NCBI GenBank assembly: GCA_002269645.1
Contig: NIVC01000604.1
Coordinates: 62,001-126,000, forward strand
Direction of reading: 5' to 3'
DNA: 64,000 bases
From: Macrostomum lignano
Taxonomy: Eukaryota
This document shows positions 11,111-24,036 of the stretch, in pieces (position 1 is the first letter of the stretch; every line of letters starts with the position of its first letter). Both the position numbers and the translations under genes were made by a program. A model generated the notes under the pieces. It had not been told where the DNA came from. It worked only from the letters and a program-made list of their open reading frames with translations, and did not search any database.

Positions 11111-12092
11111 TCCCCTTCTTTTCTTTTTCCTTCTCCCTTTCCTATCCTTCTCCCCTCTTTTTTCTTGTCGTTTCAATCTCCCTCTCCCTCTCGTCTCTCC
11201 CTCCCTGCCGCACAGGTTCAGGAACCCCTTTGGACAGTGACAGCCCAGTTCATCTTTATCTTCTTGCTTCTTAATCTCATTCTCCCTCCACCCTCTACCC
11301 TCCTTCACTCTCCCTCTCTTCATTCCATGCTCTGTTCTGTTCATTTTACGAGCCAACTCCATTCAATACAAAGAGAAAAGAAAGACGACTTCAGAAAATG
11401 TAATTTTTCCCGGCACAGAAGAAGAAAACTGAGGTGTCAGCCCGACAGTTACCCGCACAATCCAGAATTGCCATCGCAGAGAGTCAACGAGGGCCAAGGA
11501 CTTCTAATCGGCTTCCAGTCCACCGATTCATTGATTTCTGGGAGGCGGCCACCGGCACAGAAGCGACTTTTTCTGCAGCCCCCCCCCCACCCGATCTAAA
11601 AACTTGCTGAAGAGAAGTGGGCTCAGAGTTCTTCTGTGTAGCTCAGCGCGCTGATCCTCCTACCTGCATTCTCTCCAGGTCAAGTGGAGAGCTTTGGAGA
11701 TGCCAGCAGAGTTGAAGTCCAGTGCGTCAGGATGATTGCCAAGTCACCAGCTATGGGCGCTATGTTTAGCCAAACAAAAGCGAAGGTCAGAGGAACTTCA
11801 TTGTAAAAAAGTACAAAGCATGCTGCTTGTCAGCAATATGAAACCTGTGCGGCTTCTGGGAACAAAGGGGATTTGATCGAGACCGCTTAATCCTTCGGAG
11901 CTGGGTCTGAATGATGGCAATGGGAGATGCGCCGTGTTCGGGGCGTCTGTGGCTGGGATGCCATTCAAGGAGCTTTATTGAATAGGAGAATGGGATCATG
12001 GACGCAGAGGGAGGAGTGGAAAAAGAATAGAAGTGAATCGAACAGATTTAAGAGAGGGGGGGGAGATAGGGGAGATAGGGGATTAGTATAGA

Positions 12093-12500
12093 GAGAGATG
12101 AGGAGAGATGAGGAGAGATGAGGAGAGATGAGGAGAGATGAGGAGAGATGAGGAGAGATTAGGGGAAGTGAGGAGAGATGGGGAGAGATTGGGGAGAAAT
12201 GGGGAAATGGGAGAGATGGGAAGAGATTGACGAGAGATAAGGAGAGATGGGAAGAGATGAGGGGAAATGGGGAGAGATGGGGAGAGATTGGGGAGAAATG
12301 GGAGAGATGGGAAGAGATGGGAAGAGATTGGCGAGAGATAAGGAGAGATGGGAAGAGATGGGAACAGTTGGGGAGGGATAAGGAGAGATGAGAAGAGATG
12401 GGGAAAGGTAAGTAGAGATGGGAAGAGATAAGTAGAGATGGGAAGAGATGGGTAGAGATGAGGAGAGATGGGAAGAGATGAGGAGAGATGGGAGAGATGA
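12093..12500. repeat. (GAGATGAGGA)n-type purine-rich 10-bp array
   Basis: Read directly. Confidence 0.9.
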
Positions 12501-12947
12501 ATAGGGAAGAGAGAAGGAATATAAAGAAAAAGACAGCGGCAGGAAATCGGAGACAGCAAAACCGCAGATAAAGCAGCAGATCTGTAAAAATGAATAGATT
12601 GAACAATTTTACCATTTAGTCACTATCCCAACAAGCAGAGCCCGAGCGCCAAGGCGACTCTAATGCAGAAATCGTGTTGGACTATCGGCTTTCAGACGGC
12701 AGCCCATGCTGTCGTGCTCAGAGATAATTGAAACGTGTAGTCTGGGGTGGCGAAGGAGACTGCGCATAGTTTAGTTGGCACGGCAGATGAAGCTTGCAGC
12801 AATTCCAGCCGCAATTCCATCAGTTGGAGGTGGTTGACAAACTCAAAACTGCTGTGCGCCTCTTGACTTAATTTTTTTAATTCCAAAAACAACTGCTCTG
12901 TGTGAGGCTTGTCGAAGGCAAATAACCCACAAACCTGTACTATGTAC

Positions 12948-13241
12948 TCGTAACCCCCTCCTGTACCCTGTAACCCTCTCCTGTAACAGGTGACCCCCTC
13001 CTGTAATCTGTAACCCCCTCCTGTAACCTGTAACCCCCTCCTGTAAGCTGTAAACCCCCTACCGTGACCTGTAACAACCTGTACCCTGTAACCATTCCTG
13101 TAACCTGTAACCCCCTCCTGTAACCTGTGACCCTCTCCTGTAACCTGTAACCCCCTCCTGTAACCTGTGACCCCCTCCTGTAACCTGTGACCCTCTCCTG
13201 TAACCTGTAACTCCCTCCTGTACATGTACCCTGTAACCCCC
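12948..13241. repeat. Minisatellite, about 20-bp unit CTGTAACCTGTAACCCCCTC
   Basis: Read directly. Confidence 0.9.
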
Positions 13242-13968
13242 TCAGCACATTACACCGACCCGGCGGAGCTTTACAGCCGCTGCGCTTAGATCTGAATTCA
13301 CCTGCACCTCTCATTAAAGCAATTACACAGTACGGTAATTAGGCCCCAGCTAGACAGTAATAGCAGGGATAGGCAGCTAATACATAAATTATTCAAATCA
13401 AACAGACATGGCAACAGACTGTGCCGTGACGGAAGCCCAATTTCCTGACGTCTTCCCTTGGATTTCTGCTAAAAAAAGAAAATACAAAGAAGCTCCTATC
13501 GACTCAAGAGTATCTGAGGGAAGAGAGGCCCAATCTTGATTCCCTCCTCGGCTGAGACCTCGGCACATCCCCCGGGGGAAGATGGGAAGAACTTATGTGA
13601 AGAATGAGGCTCACTCATCATTGATTCCTCAGCAGCCAATGCCTTTCTCAGACTGCATTGCTGCATAAATAAATTTATTCAAGTCCGACCGCATCCCCTT
13701 GTCCAGATAAGTTGGCCGGCAGCGGTTTAAATGATAAGCAACTTTATGAATCGGAGACACTGCGGAGACCCGCGTGCTTCTGTTTTGACGCGCATGAACT
13801 GCTCTGCCGTTCATCACCACCACCGAGCCCCATGGACTTCTAGACTGCGTCATCTGGAATGGAGACCTTGCTGTTCATTTTCCCCGCATGATGGAAGTGA
13901 CATAGTTGCGATTTTGGTTAGCAGCAACGCAAAACGAGACGATGAAAAATTTTGCCAGCTAATTAAAT

Positions 13969-15043
<1,075 letters not shown>

Positions 15044-15399
15044 CAACAGGAATTCGAACCTTCCAACCGACTGTCCCTGCCCGCCATGGACAGTCGCATA
15101 CAAGAAACTTTACCGTGCAAACTTTAAAAGCACCGGGCGGGCTTCTTTCCAGCATTCATGCCGCGGTGTTGATCATAAATATTCCCCGCCAGCCCCAAAG
15201 CGTTTTCCTACATCTGCGCCGCCAGGCGAATGCAAAATGCACAAAAATGCGGGAAGCGAACCGCATGCGCGGAGAGGACAGCGTTATTGATGGGGCCGCG
15301 GGGCTTTGTGACCCCGGTGCGAGTCGCGCCGCAGAAAATGGCAAAGCCGAGTTTGAACGCTTTTCTGGAAGCCTGCTGGAATGCATAGAAAAGAGGGAA

Positions 15400-15672
15400 T
15401 AGGGAGAGTAGGATAGGGAAGTGGAGAGATGGGAAGAAATTGGAGAGAACAGAGAGAAGAGGAGAAGGGGAGGGTTGGAAGAGTGGAGCGGAACGGAAGG
15501 AGACAAGTAGAGGAAGCTAGAGAGAGATTGGAGGGGAGAAGGGAGGGAATATATGGAAGAGAGGGAAGAGACGGGAGGGAAGGGAGGGAAGGGAGGGAAG
15601 GGAGGGAAGGGAGGGAAGGGAGGGAAGGGAGGGAAGGGAGGGAAGGGAGGGAAGGGAGGGAAGGGAGGGAAG
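15400..15672. repeat. Purine-rich tract with 9-bp GGGAGGGAA array
   Basis: Read directly. Confidence 0.88.
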
Positions 15673-16404
15673 ATATAAGGGTGAAAAGCAGTCCCATGAT
15701 GAAATGCGTACATTGTTGAGCAACCGTGCAACAATGTTTTGCATTGGTTTGTCTGTTGGTTACTTTTTCAGCAAAAACCTATTGCAGAATTGATAAAAAA
15801 ACGGACCGCAAAACACTCTGATTCGGATTAATTAATGTTTCCCCGGCATGCCTTCAAATCCACAGAGAGACTTCGATGGATGAGTGGTTAACAGTGATTT
15901 AAAAAGCACTTAGCAAAAGTGGTTCCGACAAAATGAGTCGAATTTTAACCACCCCGTCCTGACATGGCTGGCCTTGAAAATGCTTAAATTAATGAAAACT
16001 TTTCTGTGAACACAAATACACTGAAGGGAGCGCGGCTAAACTGTGTCTGCCTCCCCGTCTCTCTCCTCCCCCCATAATCCCCATCCATCCTTTCCGTCGC
16101 GCACCGCTGTAGACCAGCGCCCGCCCCTCCGTGGGTGGGGATGGGCCGGTCGCTAAGTCGAATAAACACAGGTAAACACAGGGTGCTACAGGCGGGGCCA
16201 CCATGGTTTCATTCTGTTCGCGGGCCGGGGGCTAATCGAATAGAAAGGCGGCGAAGTGGCTGGCAAAACTGATGAACAGAATTGTTGCTAAATAAAGTCG
16301 GATGGGCGTTCGAAAGAAGCGCGTTGGAAGCAGCAGATTTCAATGAAGAGTGCCGGGCGTTTGCAAACGGATGTTCTTGCTGCTTTTGGGAAAAAGAGGG
16401 CGAA

Positions 16405-16645
16405 TGGAGAGGGAGGAAAAGGAGAAAGAGGGAAAGAAGAGAGAGTGAAAAGAGAGAGGGAAAGGAGAGATTGGGAAAGGAGAGAGAGGGAAAAGAGAGA
16501 GAGGGAAAAGAGAGAGAGAGAAGAGAGAGAGAGGGAAAGGAGAGAGAGTGAAAAGAGAGAGAGGGAAAGGAGAGAAAGGGAAAGGAGAGAGAGGGAAAAG
16601 AGAGAGAGGGAAAAGAGAGAGAGAGGGAAAGGAGAGAGGGGAAAG
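16405..16645. repeat. GA-rich array of about 15-bp units
   Basis: Read directly. Confidence 0.85.
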
Positions 16646-17100
16646 AAGATTCCAGCAAAAAGCAGAGCAGCCAAATGCAATTGGAAAAGGCCCGCCTGTG
16701 AGTGGCAGTCGCCTCTTCAACTTTCATCTTCAGTTAGAAACTTTTTTCGGATAGGTTTTTGTGCAAGCAAGGGAAGATGGGGATAAAAGATGGGCAGCCT
16801 TAGTGGAGACGAGATACTCAAGGGGAAGAGGGAATCATTGATTCTCAGCGGCTGTACTGGGATTGAGGTTGAAATCGGAGATTTGAGCACAGGAGTCAAG
16901 AGCGCCGCGCCCCGACCGGAAGCAGTAACGAGCGAAAAAGCGGGTGGGAAAACGGGAAAAATCACGCAGCTATTCAAAATTCAAAGTGAAAAATTGAAGC
17001 TCAAAACAAATAGTGAAAGAGGCGGAAGCTGTCCAAGTGAAGCTCACGATGGAAGGCGTCGAAAGGTGCGCTGTTTGGGTGCCCGAAAACTGAGTCCCTG

Positions 17101-17715
<615 letters not shown>

Positions 17716-18439
17716 GTGCAGTCGATACTGGACCTCAAATCAACTTTTCTGCCCGCCTTTTCTACTTTCAGCAACCATCGATTTTTTAATAATCTGTAGA
17801 CCGAGAGTAAAGGACTTTGGTCAATTGAATGTTTTAAATTACATCTAACTAAAGTTCTCCACTGTCAGCCAAAGTCCGGGGTTTTTTTTTTGCTCGATTT
17901 TCACTCTCAACGAACGAGGTTGAAACACACTGCAGACCGATTTCTATGGCCAAAAGCTCATTGACTCAGTGTGAAACCTTTCTAAATCCAAGGTTTCTTT
18001 CTAAATCCAAAATATTTTATCGACTGGCTGGCAGAAAAAATGAAGGTCACTTCTCCCTATCTGTGAATTTCTCTCTGGCTTCCTCTGTGCTTCCTGGTCC
18101 CAGTCCGTTTGAGCACTGTTAGTGCCCTATCCTTGGGTCGAAGTGTTGATAAGAAGCGCCAGGAGGGGACCAAACTTCCCGCAGCGGTGCGGCTATCCTG
18201 AGTCAGTCAGGTCAAACCGAACTGTCTCTCTGTCTGTGGGCGGGGAGATCAAGGAGAAATTATGGAGTGAAGAGAATTGCAACAGAAAGTCAAGAGAGGA
18301 CAGTGAGAGGCTGCATGGTTGGAGATACACTGTAGAGGCACAGGGGGCTGGGAAAATCCTGCAGCTCTGTGCGAGATTGGCAAGTGATGGAGAAATACCG
18401 AAAGTTGTTAGAGAAATTGAAAGTGGGGTTAAAAATAAA

Positions 18440-18960
18440 GTAGGAGAGGAGAGAGGTGACAGAAGACAAGGGTTGAGGAGAGGGGAGAGGGGAGGAGAGA
18501 AGGGAGAGAAGAGAGTGGGAGAGGAGAGAGTAGGAGAGGAGAGAGTGAGAAGAGATTGGAATAGGAGAGTGGGAAAGGAGAGAGTGGGAGAGGAGAGAGT
18601 AGCCGAGGAGAGAGTGGGAAAAGAGATTGGAACAGGAGAGTGGGAGAGGAGAGAGTGGGAGAAGAGATTGGAACAGGAGAGTGGGAGAGGAGAGAGTGGG
18701 AGAAGAGATTGGAACAGAAGAGTGGGAGAGGAGAGAGTGGGAAAAGAGATTGGAACAGGAGAGTGGGAGAGGAGAGAGTGGGAGAAGAGATTGGAACAGG
18801 AGAGTGGGAGAGGAGAGAGTGGGAGAAGAGATTGGAACAGGAGAGCGGGAGAGGAGAGAGTGGGAGAAGAGATTGGAACAGGAGAGTGGGAGAGGAGAGA
18901 GTGGGAGAAGAGATTGGAACAGGAGAGTGGGAGAGGAGAGTGGAAGAGGAGAGATCAGAG
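18440..18960. repeat. Purine-rich minisatellite, 41-bp unit containing AGATTGGAACAG
   Basis: ATTGGAAC recurs at 18626, 18667, 18708 and onward. Confidence 0.9.
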
Positions 18961-19584
18961 AGAAGCGAATCTCCATGAGGATGTCACACATAAATACTCG
19001 TAATGAAGCAACTTCAGACTGCACCTGCACCTGCAAGAGGCTAGAGGGGGGGCACGAAAAAGCATCTTTGAAAGCTTGTTCAATTAGATGCGAGGCGGCA
19101 CAGGCCCTTTGAGAAGCTCTGATTGAGCAACGATCGGCGCTTAATCTCGTTTTAAGTCTCAGAACAACTTTCTATCAAAAGGAGATTAGCTCCGCTCGTA
19201 TCTATGGAGTGAAGTGCAGTGTGAAAGATTTCGCCTGAGTAGGGTAGCACATATAAACCTTTCTGTTGCAGCTGCTTCTTCTAGTGCTTTTTCGCTTGCC
19301 TGTAAGGCATTTCAGCGGAAAATGCGGCTGGGCCTTCTTTAAAATTGGCCACTTAGAAGCTTCATACATGCACGAGTATGTATGGATTTATAGATATGAC
19401 TAAAAGCAGAGTTGCACCTGCTCATGCGCAAGTTATTCCGAATGTGTGCCTGACCGAGTCTGAAGAAATGACTTGCAGAAGCACGCGCGAGACCGACTGA
19501 TCCAAGAATTAGTGCGTGCTTTTTTGGGCTTAGACAGTCAAGTAATTGTCTGCGTCTCGGTGCCTAGCCTCATGTACTTGTAGG

Positions 19585-20295
19585 TGTCTCAGCAGATATA
19601 CATCAAGATGTCACAGTCCCCATCAAGGTGTCAGAGTACCCATCAAAGTCTCAGTGAGTACCCATCAAGGTGTCACAGTACCCATCAAATTGTCTCAGTA
19701 CCCATCAAAGTGTCTCAGTACCCATCTAGTTGTCTTCAGTCTACATCAAAACATGAAGGTGTCTTGGAACCCATCAAGGTGTCTCAGTCCCCATCAAGGT
19801 GTCAGAGTACCCATCAAAGTCTCAGTGAGTACCCATCAAGGTGTCACAGTACCCATCAAATTGTCTCAGTACCCATCTAGTTGTCTTCAGTCTACATCAA
19901 ACCATGAAGGTGTCTTGGAACCCATCAAGGTGTCTTGGAACCCATCAAGGTGTCTCAGTCTCCATCAAGGTGTCTCAGTCTCCATCAAGGTGTCTCAGTA
20001 CCCATCCAGGTGTCACAGTATCCATCAAATTGTCACAGTACCCATCCAGGTGTCACAGTACCCATCAAATTGTCTCAGTACCCATCAAATTGTCTCATTA
20101 CCCATCAAATTGTCTCAGTACCCATCCAGGTGTCACAGTATCCATAAAATCATGAAGGTGTCTCAGTATCCATCCAGGTGTCACATTACCCATCAAATTG
20201 TCTCATTACCCATCAAGGTGTCACAGTACCATCAAGGTGTCTTCAGTCTCCATCAAACCACGAGGGTGTCTTGGAACCCATCAAGGTGTCTCGGT
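19585..20295. repeat. Degenerate array of about 20-bp units CCCATCAAGGTGTCTCAGTA
   Basis: Read directly. Confidence 0.9.
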
Positions 20296-20926
20296 AGCCA
20301 TCCTCCAAGGGCTGAAGTATCCCCGAATCCTGCGAGTAGCCATTGCAACAGCGAATTTCGTAATAATAAAATGCAACCTACACATGTGCATCTGACTAGC
20401 ACGTCGATTTCCCAGCGGTGTTGGCTAGTTAGCAACGGCCGAGGAAGTGTCTCTAGACGAGTGCGAGTGGGAAATCCAGAGGCCCACCCGCCGCTGGAAT
20501 ATGCCGCGTCCTATTATTATTTCGCTTCATTATTTTTCCATCTAAGCCAGCTGATGAGATCTCCCGGCCAGCTCGAAGGGAGGGCAACGGATAATGAGGC
20601 TACTGAGGCTGAAGCCGATGACTGCTTTTCGTCCGGTAGTGTGCGGCATCAAAAATTCAGCGCATCAATAATATACTCACTTTGAAGCTGTTTTTTTACC
20701 TTCACCTTTCTATCATGAGATGGCAGTAGAACCCCCCCCCCCGGCTTCATTGATCTTCGACGTCAGACTGGGACAGCCTGTCAGGCTGCCACGGAGAGCA
20801 ACCGGCCAGCCCAGCACGCCGCTAATTGCATTATTTTTGTGGACTCGCTGACGAAAATAACAAACTGGCTTTGAGTTCGAATAAGAATAAGACTCAGCGT
20901 GTAGCATGATTTGCATATCGGATTAG

Positions 20927-21791
20927 CAGATCTGGTCCTGCCTGACTAGATCTGGTCCTGCCTGACTAGATCTGGTCCTGCCTGACTAGATCTGGTCCTG
21001 CCTGACTAGATCTGGTCCTGCCTGACTAGATCTGGTCCTGCCTGACTAGATCTGGTCCTGTCTGATTAGATCTGGTCCTGCCTGACTAGATCTGGTCCTG
21101 CCTGACTAGATCTGGTCCTGCCTGACTAGATCTGGTCCTGTCTGATTAGATCTGGTCCCGTCTGACTAGATCTGGTCCTGTCTGACTAGATCTGGTCCTG
21201 CCTGACTAGATCTGGTCCTGCCTGACTAGATCTGGTCCTGCTTGACTAGATCTGGTCCTGCCTGACTAGATCTGGTACTGTCGGACTAGATCAGACTCCC
21301 CTGACTAGATCTGAGTCCTGTCGGACTAGATCAGACTCCCCTGACTAGATCTGGTCCTGCCTGACTAGATCTGAGTCCTGTCTGACTAGATCAGACTCCC
21401 CTGACTAGATCTGGTCCTGCCTGACTAGATCTGGTCCTGCCTGACTAGATCTGGTCCTGTCGGACTAGATCAGACTCCCCTGACTAGATCTGAGTCCTGT
21501 CGGACTAGATCAGACTCCCCTGACTAGATCTGGTCCTGCCTGACTAGATCTGGTCCTGCCTGACTAGATCTGGTCCTGCCTGACTAGATCTGGTCCTGCC
21601 TGACTAGATATGAGTCCTGCCTGACTAGATCTGAGTCCTGTCTGACTAGATCAGACTCCCCTGTTTAGATCTGAGTCCTGTCTAACTAGATCAGACTCCC
21701 CTGACTAGATCTGAGTCCTGTCTAACTAGATCAGACTCCCCTGACTAGATCTGAGTCCTGTCGGACTAGATCAGACTCCCCTGACTAGATC
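20927..21791. repeat. Minisatellite, 20-bp unit AGATCTGGTCCTGCCTGACT with variant AGATCAGACTCCCCTGACT
   Basis: About 43 units read directly. Confidence 0.95.
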
Positions 21792-22574
21792 GGTCACAAA
21801 GCACAGCACAAGGCAAGTCAGAAACGAGAAATTCAGTTGAGCTTCAAAAGCGATCAAAATCGAAAAAACATAAGTCGATTGGATTTAATTAATCAATCAA
21901 TCACCGCTGATAAGGAGACTGTTTCATCGATAACAGAATCAGGCCATTTATGCCGAACGTTGAATGGGTCGATTTGGGGGCATGCAGAAAGTTTTAGCCA
22001 AAGTGAACAGGAAAATCAGTGATGAAACAAGTTGCAATCAGATCAGCATAGGCAATTTTATCACACACTCAGATCACTGACACATACTTAAAACACATTG
22101 ATTACTAGCAACCAATAGGAAACCCGAGCTGTCATGCAAAAACGAGTAGCGCACTAATTGCTACGGGAAGTTAAGAAGCCAAATGAAATATTCGCTCTAA
22201 AATACACTTTACTGTCTACTTACAGCAGTCGAATTTGGGCACGAAGCGAAATTTATAATATTTGCATTTCAACAATACGAAATAGAAATGGAAAAGTTCT
22301 ATATAAAATAGGACAATCTGACGCAATTATAACATTAATATTTACACGATATGAAATACTGCAGATGTAGCAATTAGACGTCATATTTAATGCTTTTTGT
22401 CAACATGCATTCGAGGTTTCAAAGGGGGTTCACAATGCTATACGATAACCGCGCACAGCTTTCGTGTGGAGATACTGGCTTGATTGACGACTTGACAGCT
22501 GCGATTCGCGTGCGATCGGGCGGTTGAGGTTATTTATGAACAGAGCTAATTCTCAGGTGGAAGCAGAAACTGAG

Positions 22575-23831
22575 GTGGGTGAGGGAATAAGGTGAGTGAG
22601 GTGAGTGAGGTGAGTGAGGTGAGTGAGGGAGTGGGATGGGAAGGGAGTGGGTGGGTGAGGGAATGATGTGGGGAGGGAGTGATGTGGGCGAAGGAGTCAG
22701 GTGGGGAGAGAGAGTGAGGTGGGTGGGGAGTGGGGTGAGTGAGGGAGTGAGGTGGGTGAGAGTGGGGTGGGAAGGGAGTAATTTGGGTGAGGGAGTGAGG
22801 TGAGTGAGGGAGTGAGGTGAGTGAGGTGGGTGAGGGAGTGAGGTGGGTGAGGGAGTGAGGTGAGTGAGGGAGTGAGGCGGACGAGGGAGTGAGGTGGGTG
22901 AGGGAGTGAGGTGGGAGGGAGTGAGGTGAGTGAGGGAGTGAGGTGGGTGAGGGAGTGAGGTGGGAGGGAGTGAGGTGGGAGGGAGTGAGGTGAGTGAGGG
23001 AGTTAGGTGGGTGAGGGAGTGAGGCGGACGAGGGAGTGAGGTGGGTGAGGGAGTGAGGTGGGAGGGAGTGAGGTGAGTGAGGGAGTGAGGTGGGTGAGGG
23101 AGTGAGGCGGACGAGGGAGTGAGGTGGGTGAGGGAGTGAGGTGGGAGGGAGTGAGGTGAGTGAGGGAGTGAGGCGGACGAGGGAGTGAGGTGGGTGAGGG
23201 AGTGAGGTGGGAGGGAGTGAGGTGAGTGAGGGAGTGAGGTGGGTGAGGGAGTGAGGTGAGTGAGGGAGTGAGGTGGGTGAGGGAGTGAGGTGGGAGGGAG
23301 TGAGGTGGGAGGGAGTGAGGTGAGTGAGGGAGTTAGGTGGGTGAGGGAGTGAGGCGGACGAGGGAGTGAGGTGGGTGAGGGAGTGAGGTGGGAGGGAGTG
23401 AGGTGAGTGAGGGAGTGAGGTGGGTGAGGGAGTGAGGCGGACGAGGGAGTGAGGTGGGTGAGGGAGTGAGGTGGGAGGGAGTGAGGTGAGTGAGGGAGTG
23501 AGGTGGGTGAGGGAGTGAGGCGGACGAGGGAGTGAGGTGGGTGATGGAGTGAGGTGGGAGGGAGTGAGGTGAGTGAGGGAGTGAGGTGGGTGAGGGAGTG
23601 AGGTGGGAGGGAGTGAGGTGGGTGAGGGAGTGAGGTGGGTGAGGGAGTGAGGTGGGTGAGGGAGTGAGGTGGGAGGGAGTGAGGCGAGTGAGTGAGGTGG
23701 GTGAGGGAGTGAGGTGGGTGAGGGTGAGTGAGGTGGGAGGGAGTGAGGTGGGAGGGAGGGAGGTGGGAGGAAGTGAGGTGGGAGGGAGTGAGGTGGGTGA
23801 GGGTGAGTGAGGTGGGTGAGGGTGAGTGAGT
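22575..23831. repeat. G-rich minisatellite, about 17-bp unit GAGGGAGTGAGGTGGGT
   Basis: Read directly. Confidence 0.95.
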
Positions 23832-23974
23832 GAACAACACATTAGCTGCGAATGCGGCAACCAATTTCAAAGGAATAATTAATAAATGTACAGATCGCAA
23901 GGACAAACAGTAATACTGTTGATAATTTAGCACAGCGCTGACGAATTGGCACGGTTGCCCGTATCCCTGTAGAT

Positions 23975-23980
23975 TTTATT
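23975..23980 (-). terminator. Candidate polyadenylation signal (AATAAA) of the MFSD1-like gene
   Basis: TTTATT on the + strand about 57 nt beyond the stop codon at 24037. Confidence 0.55.
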
Positions 23981-24036
23981 AATCTTTTTCATCGATGTTA
24001 AGCCGATGTCGCCGGTGCCAGAGATTGCATTGAGTT

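Noticed and set aside
11679-11786. Possible 108-nt plus-strand exon (QVESFGDASRVEVQCVRMIAK...)
   Set aside because: Splice-like borders are present, but there are no partner exons or recognisable homology.
20927-21791. CRISPR-like appearance of regularly spaced repeats (also 57700-57856 and 32779-33374)
   Set aside because: There are no unique spacers and no cas genes, and the context is eukaryotic; these are minisatellites.
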